Source: Deltaproteobacteria bacterium
Lineage (GTDB): Bacteria > Desulfobacterota_D > UBA1144 > Nemesobacterales > CSP1-2
Assembly: GCA_052390235.1 (NCBI GenBank)
Contig: JBQTHB010000006.1
Span: 160,001 to 224,000 of the forward strand
Reading direction: 5' to 3'
DNA: 64,000 bases
The position numbers and the translations under genes were made by a program. Below the pieces are notes generated by a model. It had not been told where the DNA came from. It was given only the letters and a program-made list of their open reading frames with translations, and did no database searches. The first letter of the stretch is position 1; every line of letters begins with the position of its first letter. Below, in pieces: positions 35,986-46,096 of the stretch.

Positions 35986-37944
35986 TTAATCCTCCGGCAC
36001 GGCGATTTCATATACGACAAACCCCTGGCTAATCCCCTTTGCCGTGATACTGCCCGCGCACCTCGCAGATACGAAATCCTTCACGCGCTCAAACACAGGC
36101 TCGCTTACTAAAATCCCCTCCACTGGGGCGACGCTCTCTAGCCTCTGAGCCAAATTCACATTCGCCCCAATGACCGTATAATCCATGCGCTTGAGCGACC
36201 CCATGTTGCCCACAACGACGTCGCCCGTATTAATTCCGACGCGGATTTTTATCGCAAGCCTCCCCTCGGCTTCCCACCTGCGCCTAAGCCGGCGCGTTTT
36301 TTGCTGCATTTCAATGGCGGCTCTGACGGCGCGAAGGGCGTGGTCTGGCTGATGAACCGGATCTCCGAAGAATACCATCAGTCCGTCGCCGATGAATTTG
36401 TCTATCGTCCCCTCGTGTTTGAATACGATTTTTGCCATCTCGTCGAAATATTCGTTTAGCGTAAGCCGTATCTGCTCCGGCTCTTGAGTGGTTGACCACG
36501 ATGTGAAGCCCGATATGTCGCTGAATAGGACGGTGAGGGATTTTCTCTCGCTCGCCATGAGTTTTTCCGGGGATTTTAAAATTTTATTCAGCACCCCAGG
36601 GGCAAAATAATTCTCGAACATACGCCTCAGATACGCCTTTTCCCGTTCCTCGGCGAGATAGCGGTAGGCGTTCACGGAAACGAGGGCGAATATAAATCCG
36701 AGCGACGGGCGGACGGCGTTTGTGAGGGTGTTCTGATGGAGAAAGAGCCAAACGACCGAGGCGGCAAAGACGACGAAGAGGAGCAGAGCGCATATTGAAA
36801 ATCGCGCCGCCCGAAACCTGAGCGCGAATAACACGAGAAACACTATTAAGCCCACATCGGCAAGCGCGCTCCAAGCGGGTGAAAGCTCGCTTAGGAAATT
36901 CTCCGTCAGCACCGTGTTGGCAATATTCGCATGGACGCCGCTCAGGGGATAGGCGTTCTCAAGGGGGATGGGCCCTATGTCCCCGGCTCCGGTGGAAACA
37001 TCTGCAACAATTGCCAAATCCCCCTGCATGACCTCCCGCAGTTCGTCGAGAGCGGCGGCATCTCCCTCGGCCCCCAGGAGAGCCGAGAAGGAGTAGTGCT
37101 TGAAAGAATCGTTCCATGTACCTGCGAAGTTCAGAATCATACGCCCCCTGCCGTCAACGGGAATGGCAACATCCCTCACCCCGCCGTCTGGGAATTTCGC
37201 TCCCCGAAGGGTAATCCTCCCGCGAGATAGCTCGATACGCTCCGGGGGAACGCCGAGATAATCGCATACCATGCGAAATGTCAAGCTCGGCGCGTAGCCG
37301 TCTCCATATCGGATGAGAAGGGCAAACCGCCTATAGACTCCGTCTGCGTCGGGATATGCCGTGATGTGTCCGACTCCCTTGGCAAATTTCGCCAAATCTG
37401 GAAAAGTCGGATACGCCCCCTTTGCCGCCAGCATGGATTCGCCGCCGCCAAAATCGCGGGGACGCCAGAGGGTCTCGTCCATCAGCGCCTGCTCTTGAGG
37501 GGATAGCGCAGGGGGAGCAGATACGCCACCATATTCCTCAAGGGCAAGCACAACGGGGAAATAGACCGTCTTGGCGCGCTCTGTCGCCTCGATAAAATAG
37601 GAGTCGCTCTCTTGGGCAGACGGGCGCTGGAACAAAATGTCGTAGGTTATGGTTTCCGCTCCGCCCTTGGAGAGGATGTCCGTAATACGCCCGTAGAGGG
37701 TTCTATCCCAGGGGAATCCCCTGAGTTCCTGAAGGCTTGAGTCGTTGAGGTCAACGTGGGCTATGTGGGGGTAAATCTCCTGCCTGCCGAATAATTTATA
37801 GCGGAGTTGAAAGAGCTGGTCGTTAGTCTGAAGATTCCACACGCTAAAAACGCTTGGCAGAAGGAGAAATAGGAGCGACGCAATGAGAAAAGAGCCGGCG
37901 ACAAGAGCGGCGATGCGGATTTTATAAGCCCTATTTGTGTTCAA
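35986..37944 (-). CDS. CHASE2-domain class III adenylate cyclase
   Basis: TM-CHASE2 (DADGVYRR, GVHAN)-3TM; catalytic FSDISGFT, DKFIGDG, DYTVIGANVNLAQRLE with Lys/Asp adenine specificity. Confidence 0.92.
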   Translation of the reverse strand: MNTNRAYKIRIAALVAGSFLIASLLFLLLPSVFSVWNLQTNDQLFQLRYKLFGRQEIYPHIAHVDLNDSSLQELRGFPWDRTLYGRITDILSKGGAETITYDILFQRPSAQESDSYFIEATERAKTVYFPVVLALEEYGGVSAPPALSPQEQALMDETLWRPRDFGGGESMLAAKGAYPTFPDLAKFAKGVGHITAYPDADGVYRRFALLIRYGDGYAPSLTFRMVCDYLGVPPERIELSRGRITLRGAKFPDGGVRDVAIPVDGRGRMILNFAGTWNDSFKHYSFSALLGAEGDAAALDELREVMQGDLAIVADVSTGAGDIGPIPLENAYPLSGVHANIANTVLTENFLSELSPAWSALADVGLIVFLVLFALRFRAARFSICALLLFVVFAASVVWLFLHQNTLTNAVRPSLGFIFALVSVNAYRYLAEEREKAYLRRMFENYFAPGVLNKILKSPEKLMASERKSLTVLFSDISGFTSWSTTQEPEQIRLTLNEYFDEMAKIVFKHEGTIDKFIGDGLMVFFGDPVHQPDHALRAVRAAIEMQQKTRRLRRRWEAEGRLAIKIRVGINTGDVVVGNMGSLKRMDYTVIGANVNLAQRLESVAPVEGILVSEPVFERVKDFVSARCAGSITAKGISQGFVVYEIAVPED

Positions 37945-38647
37945 TCCTGATAGTCTTACTGAAGAAATTCACTGCCTCAACCACTGTCGCAAGCGTTTCA
38001 ATATCGGTCTCGCGAGGGTATGTCGGAATATAGACGTAGCCGTATGAGCCGGCGACCTCTATCGGTTTTTCAGGCTCGGCGGCAAATTTGCTATTGCGCC
38101 GCTTGAGGTCTCTAATCTCGGCAATCAAATCCGCCGAGGCGCGCTCTTTGGCCGATTTAGCGGCGGCGAGGTATTTCTCGGTCAGCGTCTCAAGACGGCG
38201 GAGTCTCTGGGCGGAGGCGAGGAGATAAATTACGGATTTCCCCCCCTTTTGTTGCTTTGGCAATAACCAATCTCCGCCAGCGGGGATGTAGTATTTCCCT
38301 CCGCCGTTGGCGCGGCTTTGATTGAAATCCTCAATTGAAGCGGGAAAAAGTAGCCTCACGTCGTTTTCAGGCTCAGCGAGATAGGCATAGACGTAGGCGT
38401 TTTTAACCGGGCTGATATAGATTTTCAGCACATCGCCCGGATAGAGCGAGTAGTCTTCGGTTATTTGAATTATTTCACTGCCGCCCAGAGAGTCCAAACA
38501 CGCCGCAACAGTCCACCTGAAGCTGAGAGTTGATTCATCATCTGCGGCGGATTGAGAGTCCTCGGCGCGCCCCCCCACTCCTAAGGAAACCACCGCAGTC
38601 AGCAATAACGCAAGCGGCAATCTCAATTTAGCCCATAGGTTCTGCAT
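37931..38647 (-). CDS. Exported DUF4384-like protein, paralogue 1
   Basis: Signal peptide; GDVLKI..NAYVYAY..LLFP..YYIP; ends KTIRIEHK. Confidence 0.7.
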   Translation of the reverse strand: MQNLWAKLRLPLALLLTAVVSLGVGGRAEDSQSAADDESTLSFRWTVAACLDSLGGSEIIQITEDYSLYPGDVLKIYISPVKNAYVYAYLAEPENDVRLLFPASIEDFNQSRANGGGKYYIPAGGDWLLPKQQKGGKSVIYLLASAQRLRRLETLTEKYLAAAKSAKERASADLIAEIRDLKRRNSKFAAEPEKPIEVAGSYGYVYIPTYPRETDIETLATVVEAVNFFSKTIRIEHK

Positions 38648-38674
38648 CTAGCCAGCCCCCTTTTTTTCAGGCAC

Positions 38675-39391
38675 TTATTTGTGTTCTATTCTGATGGTTT
38701 TAGAGTAGAAACCCTTAGCGCTCGTCCGAGTGGCGAGTTTCTCAATATCCGCATCCCCGCGGAAACTCCCCGCAATTTGAACGGGCTTCTGAGGTTCAGC
38801 GGCAAATTTACTGTTCCGGCGCTTGAGGTCTCTAATCTCGGCAATCAAATCCGCCGCGGCGCTCTCTTTGGCTGTTTTAGTTGCGGCGAGGTATTTCTCG
38901 GTCAGCGTCTCAAGACGGCGGAGTCTCAGGGCGGAGGCGAGAATATGGAAAGTCTCTTCGCCTGTATTTTGGTCTAAGGCGAGCCACTCCCCCCCGCTGG
39001 GGACGTAGTATTTCTCCCCAAAGGCGTAGCGCTTATCAAAATCACTGAGGGAGCGGGGGAAAAGGAGATGCACGTGCCGCAGTGAGTCAATCAGATAGAT
39101 ATAGACATAAGAGTTGTCAATGGGATTAACAAAAATTTTGAATAAGTCGCCGGATTTAAGAGACGTATCCCCCACGATGGGCAATATCTCATCGCCTTTG
39201 GACTCGATTCGCGCCGCTATCGCCCACCGGAAGCTGAGTTCCAAATCCTCAGCCGAAGCTCCCCGCATATCGGTCAGAGCAAACAGAGAGCCGATAAAGA
39301 GGGATGAGCTAAGTAGAAAAATATAGAGTCGCGCTCTCATCATGGGGCTTGTCCCTATTTTTAAACCGCCGCGCAGGCAATGAGGTTTCAT
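38675..39391 (-). CDS. Exported DUF4384-like protein, paralogue 2 (start may be 39343)
   Basis: LKSGDLFKI..SYVYIY..LLFP..LDQNTGEETF; ends KTIRIEHK. Confidence 0.72.
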   Translation of the reverse strand: MKPHCLRGGLKIGTSPMMRARLYIFLLSSSLFIGSLFALTDMRGASAEDLELSFRWAIAARIESKGDEILPIVGDTSLKSGDLFKIFVNPIDNSYVYIYLIDSLRHVHLLFPRSLSDFDKRYAFGEKYYVPSGGEWLALDQNTGEETFHILASALRLRRLETLTEKYLAATKTAKESAAADLIAEIRDLKRRNSKFAAEPQKPVQIAGSFRGDADIEKLATRTSAKGFYSKTIRIEHK

Positions 39392-39474
39392 TTCTCGCCC
39401 CCCTATCCCCCGCTAAACGCAAAAAAACCGCGCAGAGGGCATAAGCCGCCCCGCCCTAGATTATTTTCGGGAAC

Positions 39475-39681
39475 TTAAGATGCGGTTTTGTATTTTCTAT
39501 TAAACCTCTCCACCCTGCCCCTAGCTTCAGCCGACCTCTCTCTGCCGGTATAGAAGGGGTGGCAATTCGAGCAAATTTCCACGGAGAAATTCGACGCACG
39601 GCTTGACCTCGTCTTGTATGACGCTCCGCAGGCGCAGGATATTACGATGTCATTATACTTAGGATGAATATTGGCTTTCAT
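39475..39681 (-). CDS. rpmE: 50S ribosomal protein L31 (zinc-ribbon form)
   Basis: MKANIHPKY, CACG, CSNCHPFYTG, GRVERF. Confidence 0.97.
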   Translation of the reverse strand: MKANIHPKYNDIVISCACGASYKTRSSRASNFSVEICSNCHPFYTGRERSAEARGRVERFNRKYKTAS

Positions 39682-39758
39682 GTTCTGTAAAACCTCCTTA
39701 AACAGAGGGGAATTCTACATTGAAAAGTGGATTTGGCAATGCGGGCATCAATTCAATA

Positions 39759-39790
39759 TAAAAAAGAGAGCGGCAAGCCCGCCGCCCTCC
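39759..39790 (-). terminator. Intrinsic terminator after rpoH-dnaK
   Basis: GAGGGCGGC-loop-GCCGCTCTC followed by TTTTTT on the minus strand. Confidence 0.75.
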
Positions 39791-39806
39791 CGTTCGCATA
39801 GCCAAT

Positions 39807-41717
39807 TTATTTCTCTGTAAATTCGGCGTCTATCACGTCGTCGCCGTCCTTGCCGGGTCTCTGCCCCGCGCTGCCGCCAGAAGCCGGATTCGAGGCATCT
39901 TCGCCTGAGCCAGATGTCTGCTTGTACATCATCTCGGCGATTTTGTGCGAGGCTCTGGTAATGCGCTCCATTGCCGCCTGCACCTCGCCCGCGTCTTCGC
40001 CCTTAAGGGCTTTGCGCCCGGATTCAAGCGCGTCTTCGAGTTCCTTTTTATCCTCTTCGGTGAGTCTCTCCTCGAATTCCTTGAAACTCTTGGAGGTCCT
40101 ATAAATCAGGTCGTCGAGCTTATTTCTGCTCTCGACAAATTCCCGCCGTTTCTTATCGTCTTCAGCCTGCTCTTCGGCGTCTGTAACCATTTTATCAATC
40201 TGGTCCTTAGAAAGCCCGCTCGAAGCCTCGACCCTGACCTTCTGCTGTTTCTGAGACGCCATATCCTTCGCCCCTACATGGAGAATCCCGTCGGCGTCAA
40301 TATCGAACGACACCTCAACCTGCGGAATCCCTCTCGGCGCGGGCGGCATCCCATCCAATATAAACCTCGCCAGTGTCCTATTATCGCGCGCCATCTGACG
40401 CTCCCCCTGAAGCACGTGAATCTCGACCGAGGTCTGACTGTCTTCGGCTGTGGTAAACACCTGGCTCTTTTTTGTAGGGATAGTGGTGTTTCTCGTAATG
40501 ATGGACGTCATAACGCCGCCCAGAGTCTCGATACCGAGCGACAGGGGCGTGACGTCGAGCAGAAGCACGTCTCTGACCTCGCCCCCCAGCACCGCGCCTT
40601 GAATCGCCGCCCCTACGGCTACGACCTCGTCCGGGTTGATGCCCTTTTGCGGCTCTTTCCCGAAGAAATCGGTTACGACCTTCTGCACGAGGGGAATTCT
40701 CGTAGAGCCGCCGACAAGGACGACCTCGGTAATGCCGCTTGCCTTAAGCGCCGCGTCTTTGAGGGCTTGGCGGCACGGCTCAAGCGTTCCCATGACTAAA
40801 TCCTCGACGAGTTGCTCGAATTTCGAGCGCGTGAGTTTCATAATAAGATGCCTCGGCCCAGCGGCGTCAGCCGTGATGAAGGGCAGGTTTATCTCGGTCT
40901 CAAGCGTGGTCGAAAGCTCGCACTTCGCCTTTTCCGACGCCTCGCGCAGACGCTGAAGCGCCATTTTATCCCTCCCAAGGTCAATTCCCGACTCCTTCTT
41001 AAACTCGGCAATTAGGTAGTCCATTATGCGGGCGTCAAAATCGTCTCCGCCCAAGTGCGTGTTTCCGTTCGTGGACTTCACCTCAATGACGTTGTCGCCA
41101 ATTTCGAGTACGGAAATGTCGAAAGTCCCTCCGCCAAGGTCATAAACGGCTATCATGCCCTCTTTTTTCTTATCGAATCCATAAGCGAGAGCGGCGGCTG
41201 TGGGCTCGTTTATGATGCGTTTTACGTTTAGACCCGCAATCTTGCCCGCGTCTTTGGTTGCCTGACGCTGGCTATCGTTAAAATAGGCAGGAACAGTGAT
41301 TACGGCTTCTTCAACCTCGCTTCCGAGATAGGTCTCAGCCGCTTTTTTGAGCTTCATTAGAACGTGAGAGGATATTTGGGGCGGGGAGTACTGCCTGCCA
41401 GAGGCTTCGACCCAAGCGTCCCCGTTTGGAGATTTGGCAATTTTATAGGGGAGGCGTTTTGCCTCGTTCTGGACTTCGTCGCTACGGCGTCCCATGAGCC
41501 TCTTTACGGAGAAAATGGTGTTTTCGGGATTCACGACTGACTGCCTCTTAGCGGGGCCCCCGACCAAAATCTCTCCGTCCTTTGCAAAGGCAACGATGGA
41601 CGGGGTAATTCTCGAGCCTTCTTCGTTTATCAGCACTTTTGGCTCGCCTCCCTCGACTATGGCTACGACGGAGTTCGTAGTGCCGAGGTCAATTCCTATT
41701 ATCTTCTTCGTGGACAT
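39807..41717 (-). CDS. dnaK: Chaperone DnaK (canonical, 636 aa)
   Basis: TVPAYFND, all Hsp70 signatures, acidic tail [11 protein letters not shown]. Confidence 0.97.
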   Translation of the reverse strand: MSTKKIIGIDLGTTNSVVAIVEGGEPKVLINEEGSRITPSIVAFAKDGEILVGGPAKRQSVVNPENTIFSVKRLMGRRSDEVQNEAKRLPYKIAKSPNGDAWVEASGRQYSPPQISSHVLMKLKKAAETYLGSEVEEAVITVPAYFNDSQRQATKDAGKIAGLNVKRIINEPTAAALAYGFDKKKEGMIAVYDLGGGTFDISVLEIGDNVIEVKSTNGNTHLGGDDFDARIMDYLIAEFKKESGIDLGRDKMALQRLREASEKAKCELSTTLETEINLPFITADAAGPRHLIMKLTRSKFEQLVEDLVMGTLEPCRQALKDAALKASGITEVVLVGGSTRIPLVQKVVTDFFGKEPQKGINPDEVVAVGAAIQGAVLGGEVRDVLLLDVTPLSLGIETLGGVMTSIITRNTTIPTKKSQVFTTAEDSQTSVEIHVLQGERQMARDNRTLARFILDGMPPAPRGIPQVEVSFDIDADGILHVGAKDMASQKQQKVRVEASSGLSKDQIDKMVTDAEEQAEDDKKRREFVESRNKLDDLIYRTSKSFKEFEERLTEEDKKELEDALESGRKALKGEDAGEVQAAMERITRASHKIAEMMYKQTSGSGEDASNPASGGSAGQRPGKDGDDVIDAEFTEK

Positions 41718-41749
41718 CTAAATTATTTCCTCCTGAGATTTATATTAGA

Positions 41750-42610
41750 TTATATATTCGCGCATCTGAGGCGTTTTTGTATCGAGGCGTTCAATTTGCG
41801 CAGAGCCTGAACCTCGATTTGGCGCACCCTCTCTTTGGACACCCCAAGCTCGTCCCCAAGCTCGCCGAGTTTTGCGGGCGGCTCTAGGAGGTATCTGCTC
41901 TCGACGACGTAGCGCTCCTTTGGGGTGAGGCTCTGAAGACCGATTCTGAGTCCTTCCTGAGTTAAGCCGCTCATCTCGGCGGCGGCTACGACCTCCTCTT
42001 GGTTCGCCGAGGTATCGGGGATTAGATCCGCATACTTCGCCGAGGATTCGTCTTCGCCCGTGGAGCTATCGAGTGAGAAATCGCGCGATGCCGTTCTGAT
42101 TTCCATGCTCATAACCTCGCGCTCCTTCACGCCGAAGAGGTCTGCGACTCTCTTGAGATTCTCCGCCGAGGCGTCGTCCCTGTCTATTGCGAGCCGCTTT
42201 TTTCCCCTGCCGATTTTATGAAATAGCTTTCTTTGGGCTTGAGTCGTCCCCATCTTCACTACGCTCCAAGAGCGCATGATGAAATTATGAATCCGCGCCC
42301 GTATCCACCAAACGGCGTAGGAGATGAGCCTGTAGCCTCTGTCGGGATTGAATTTTTTTACCGCCTGCATAAGCCCCATCGATCCTTCCTGAAACAAATC
42401 GAGTATTTGGAAGCCGTACGAGGCGTATTCGGATGCGATTTTCACGACGAATCTGAGATTGGATACAACGAGCTTCTCCGCCGCGCCGACATCGCCCTCG
42501 GCTCTATACCTTTGGGCAAGTTCTATCTCCTGCTCGCGGGTCAGAAGGGGGTAGCTCTGTATTTGATTTGCAAGAATTCCAAGCGAATCATTGATGGCAA
42601 GTGGTTTCAA
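41750..42610 (-). CDS. rpoH: RNA polymerase sigma-32 family factor
   Basis: LVVSNLRFVV, YAVWWIRA, RpoH box-like TTQAQRKLF; TTG start with AGGAGG SD. Confidence 0.88.
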   Translation of the reverse strand: MKPLAINDSLGILANQIQSYPLLTREQEIELAQRYRAEGDVGAAEKLVVSNLRFVVKIASEYASYGFQILDLFQEGSMGLMQAVKKFNPDRGYRLISYAVWWIRARIHNFIMRSWSVVKMGTTQAQRKLFHKIGRGKKRLAIDRDDASAENLKRVADLFGVKEREVMSMEIRTASRDFSLDSSTGEDESSAKYADLIPDTSANQEEVVAAAEMSGLTQEGLRIGLQSLTPKERYVVESRYLLEPPAKLGELGDELGVSKERVRQIEVQALRKLNASIQKRLRCANI

Positions 42611-42813
42611 TCTCTGGGCGCCTCCTCAATGCCTGAAGCTAATCATCTTCGGGGAAATGTCAAGCGCATAGGCAGGGGCGGGAGGCTACATACATTTACC
42701 CCTCTAGACGCGCCCAAAATGACGCTTAGAGATTGCGCTACTGAGATATTTGCTATGCCAACCCTATTTAAAATTTCACCCTTTCAGAGAGGCGAAATGG
42801 CAGGGGAGTGGGG

Positions 42814-44523
42814 TTATCTGCCCAAAATCGAGGCGGCTTCGCGCGGGGCGTTGCCAACTGCTACCTTTTTCAACGCTCCCCCACGCCTAATCTTTATCTC
42901 GACCAAACCTTCTTTGAGCGTTCTCGGCCCCACGTTGACCTGAACGGGGATGCCAATGAGGTCTGCGTCCTTGAATTTAAACCCCGCGCTCTCGTCTCTG
43001 TCGTCTATTATGGCGTCAACCCCAAGCTCAAGGAGCTGCGAGTAAATAGCCTCGGCGGCGGATTTGACCTCGGCATCCTTCATATTCAGAGGCAGGACGG
43101 CAACCTCGAACGGTGAAAGCGCGGGTGGGAATATAATCCCGTTTCCGTCGTAGTTCTGCTCGATGGCGGCGGCGACAGTCCTCCCGATGCCGATGCCGTA
43201 GCATCCCATGATAAATGGTTTCTCCCTGCCGTCCGAATCAACGAACATGGCATTCATAGCGAGGCTGTATTTCGCGCCGAGCTTAAAGACGTGTCCGACT
43301 TCAATGCCCCGGCTTGAGCGCAGACTCCCCCCGGCGCACTTGGTGCAGGAATCCCCGTCCGCGGCGACTCTAATATCGGCGAATAGGCTGGGATTAAAAT
43401 CCCTGTTCAAATTGGCGTTTGCGAGGTGGTAATCCCTCCGGTTCGCGCCCACAACTGCATTGGCGAGATTCTTAACCGAGTTATCGGCGACAATTCTAAC
43501 CCGAAGCCCGACTGGCCCGCTGAAGCCGGCCGAGCCTGCGCCGCAAATCTCTTCAATGGTCTTTTGCGTGGCAAGCTCTACGGTGTCCGCGCCAATGGCT
43601 TTTCTGAGTTTCGTGAGGCTCAGTTCGTGATTGCCAGACACAAGCGCGACGAGCACCCCGCCTTCGGTCTCGACTATCATGGTTTTTATGAGCGACGACG
43701 GCTCAATTTTGAGGTAGGACGCCACCTGCTCCACGGTTTTCATCCCAGGGGTGTGAACCTCGCAGATTGCCTCTGGAGAGTGGGTAGGGGTTGCCTCCTG
43801 CGCGTCTTTTATCTCGGCAAGCTCGAGATTGGCGGCGTAGCTGCAGCCTCCACAGCTCATCACAACGTCTTCGCCCGTTGGGGCAAGCACCATAAACTCG
43901 TGAGAGAAATTCCCTCCGATATTGCCCGTGTCGGCAAGCACCGCCCGAAACTCTAGCCCGCAACGCTCGAATATCCTGTGATAAGCATCGTACATCGCCC
44001 AGTAGGATCTGTCCGCGCCCTCATCGGTTGCATCAAAGCTGTAGGCATCTTTCATAACGAATTCCCTCCCCCTCATGACGCCGAATCGGGGGCGAATTTC
44101 ATCTCTGAATTTCGTTTGAATCTGATATAGGTTCACCGGAAGTTGTTTGTAGGAGCGAATCTCCCTGCGGACAACGTCCGTTATGACCTCTTCGTGCGTA
44201 GGCCCAAGGCAGAATTCCCTCTCGGCTCTGTCCTTGAAGCGCAGAAGCTCCCTGCCGTATTTATCCCATCTGCCGCTTTCCTTCCAGAGTTCCGAGGGCA
44301 GAACCCCGGGCATTAGAAGCTCTATCGCGCCGGCGCGGTTCATCTCCTCGCGCACGATATTTTCAAATTTTCTTATCGAGCGCAGTCCCAAGGGGAGAAC
44401 GTTATAGACCCCCGCGGCGAGCTTGCGTATCATCCCTGCGCGAACCATGAGTTTGTGGCTTACCACTTCGGCGTCGGCGGGGTCTTCTTTGAGCGTCGGA
44501 ATAAAGAATCTGGAGTATCTCAT
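42814..44523 (-). CDS. proS: Proline--tRNA ligase (bacterial type with editing insertion)
   Basis: LGPTHEE, FRDEIRPRFG, GIEVGHVF, MGCYGIG. Confidence 0.97.
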   Translation of the reverse strand: MRYSRFFIPTLKEDPADAEVVSHKLMVRAGMIRKLAAGVYNVLPLGLRSIRKFENIVREEMNRAGAIELLMPGVLPSELWKESGRWDKYGRELLRFKDRAEREFCLGPTHEEVITDVVRREIRSYKQLPVNLYQIQTKFRDEIRPRFGVMRGREFVMKDAYSFDATDEGADRSYWAMYDAYHRIFERCGLEFRAVLADTGNIGGNFSHEFMVLAPTGEDVVMSCGGCSYAANLELAEIKDAQEATPTHSPEAICEVHTPGMKTVEQVASYLKIEPSSLIKTMIVETEGGVLVALVSGNHELSLTKLRKAIGADTVELATQKTIEEICGAGSAGFSGPVGLRVRIVADNSVKNLANAVVGANRRDYHLANANLNRDFNPSLFADIRVAADGDSCTKCAGGSLRSSRGIEVGHVFKLGAKYSLAMNAMFVDSDGREKPFIMGCYGIGIGRTVAAAIEQNYDGNGIIFPPALSPFEVAVLPLNMKDAEVKSAAEAIYSQLLELGVDAIIDDRDESAGFKFKDADLIGIPVQVNVGPRTLKEGLVEIKIRRGGALKKVAVGNAPREAASILGR

Positions 44524-44643
44524 TAGCACCTCAAGGCGTATAAACTACCGACTCGCCCGCTTAAATTCAATGATAAATAGATAAAAACCCCGAATCTAGA
44601 TATTATATTGCTACAATTAAATTAAAGCTCGGAGGCGGCAGTA

Positions 44644-45114
44644 ATGAAAAACATTTTTGGGCTTATCAGCCTAGTGGCAATTTTAACCGTTCTGGGTATC
44701 GGGGGGATTTCACTATTTTCGCCCTCCAAGTCCGACGCTTCAACAACGGTTGTGGTATATAAAACCTCGACCTGCGGGTGCTGCAAAAAATGGGTTACGC
44801 ACCTTGAGAAAAACGGCTTCAAGACCTCCGTGCAAGACCTCGACACCTCATCTCTCAATCAGATTAAGTCCCAGTACGGAGTCCCCAGCGGACTTGAGTC
44901 CTGCCACACGGCTACCGTGGGCGGATACGTAGTTGAGGGACACGTGCCGGCGGACGTCGTGAAACGACTGCTGGAGGAGCGTCCGAAAGTCGCCGGGATC
45001 ACTGTTCCCGATATGCCCGTAGGCTCTCCGGGAATGGAAGGGGACTACAGCGAGGCTTACGACATTCTCACGTTCGATGCCGAGGGCAGGACGCAGATCT
45101 ACACGAGCAGATAA
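44644..45114 (+). CDS. DUF411/CopG-like exported metal-binding protein
   Basis: YKTSTCGCCKKW, SCHTA, VEGHVPA, MPVGSPGME. Confidence 0.88.
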   Translation: MKNIFGLISLVAILTVLGIGGISLFSPSKSDASTTVVVYKTSTCGCCKKWVTHLEKNGFKTSVQDLDTSSLNQIKSQYGVPSGLESCHTATVGGYVVEGHVPADVVKRLLEERPKVAGITVPDMPVGSPGMEGDYSEAYDILTFDAEGRTQIYTSR

Positions 45115-45134
45115 CCTGTGTGCGGGGAGAAACC

Positions 45135-46013
45135 ATGGCAAATGGGCTAAGAGGAGCGGCCGATAGCCGCGCTGTCGAGCGAATCTCGGTGCAGAAGGTC
45201 AGCCGCAGAGGGTTATACACCGAAGAAGAAGACCTCGTCGCCGTCGAAGAGCCGCTTCAAATACGCCTTAATTACCACTCTGGCGGGGCGCACAGGCGCA
45301 AAACCCTATCAATCACGATGCGCACCCCAGGAGACGACGAAGAGCTTGTCGCGGGGTTTTTATTCACCGAGGGGATTATCCAAAGCGCGGGGGACGTCGA
45401 GCGTATCAGCGCCGAGGGGAACGTCGCCGAGGCGGAATTGACCACAGATGCGGAGGTTGACCCGTCGGCTTTCGAGCGGAATTTCTATATGCACTCCGGC
45501 TGCGGCGTCTGCGGCAGGGCTTCAATCGAATCCCTAGCCGGGTTGCTCCAGCATCGGAGACTTAAAGAGGGGTATCGCCGTTTCAGAGCGGACGTTATCT
45601 CGCGCCTGCCGATGACTCTGCGAGAGGCGCAGTCGGTCTTTGGATTCACCGGAGGGCTTCACGCCGCCGCCCTTTTCGATTCCGAGGGCAATTTACTGGC
45701 GATTAGAGAGGACGTGGGTCGCCACAACGCGGTGGATAAGCTCGTAGGCTCGCTCCTGCTCAAAGGGGAAATCCCGCTCCCAGACAGACTCGTGATGGTA
45801 AGCGGGCGGGCGAGCTTTGAACTCGCGCACAAGGCAATTGCCGCCGGATTCTTAGCGCTTGCCGCCGTTGGCGCGCCGTCGAGCCTGGCTGTGGAGGCGG
45901 CGCGGGAATTCAACCTGACGCTTCTTGGGTTTGTGCGCGACGGCAGATTCAACATTTACTGCGGGAGCGAGCGAATCACAGAGAGCGGCGAAGGGAATAT
46001 CGCGGCGCTCTGA
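45135..46013 (+). CDS. fdhD: Formate dehydrogenase accessory sulfurtransferase
   Basis: EEPL, TMRTPG, SGCGVCG, TGGLHAA, EDVGRHNAVDK. Confidence 0.95.
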   Translation: MANGLRGAADSRAVERISVQKVSRRGLYTEEEDLVAVEEPLQIRLNYHSGGAHRRKTLSITMRTPGDDEELVAGFLFTEGIIQSAGDVERISAEGNVAEAELTTDAEVDPSAFERNFYMHSGCGVCGRASIESLAGLLQHRRLKEGYRRFRADVISRLPMTLREAQSVFGFTGGLHAAALFDSEGNLLAIREDVGRHNAVDKLVGSLLLKGEIPLPDRLVMVSGRASFELAHKAIAAGFLALAAVGAPSSLAVEAAREFNLTLLGFVRDGRFNIYCGSERITESGEGNIAAL

Positions 46014-46096
46014 ATAATCCATGCCGATGGGTGCATCCACAAGTTACCCCTGCCCTACCCCCACAGTCGGAGGGGGCGGTTTTGGGACAATAAGCC

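Noticed and set aside
38071..38941. Diversity-generating retroelement TR/VR pair
   Set aside because: No reverse transcriptase in the window, both copies are coding, and mismatches are not adenine-specific
39945..40799. 284-aa plus-strand ORF, with similar long shadow ORFs opposite dnaK1, fusA, rpoH, cofH and the SBP gene
   Set aside because: Antisense shadows of well-conserved genes, a known codon-bias artefact for dnaK; no motifs or SD
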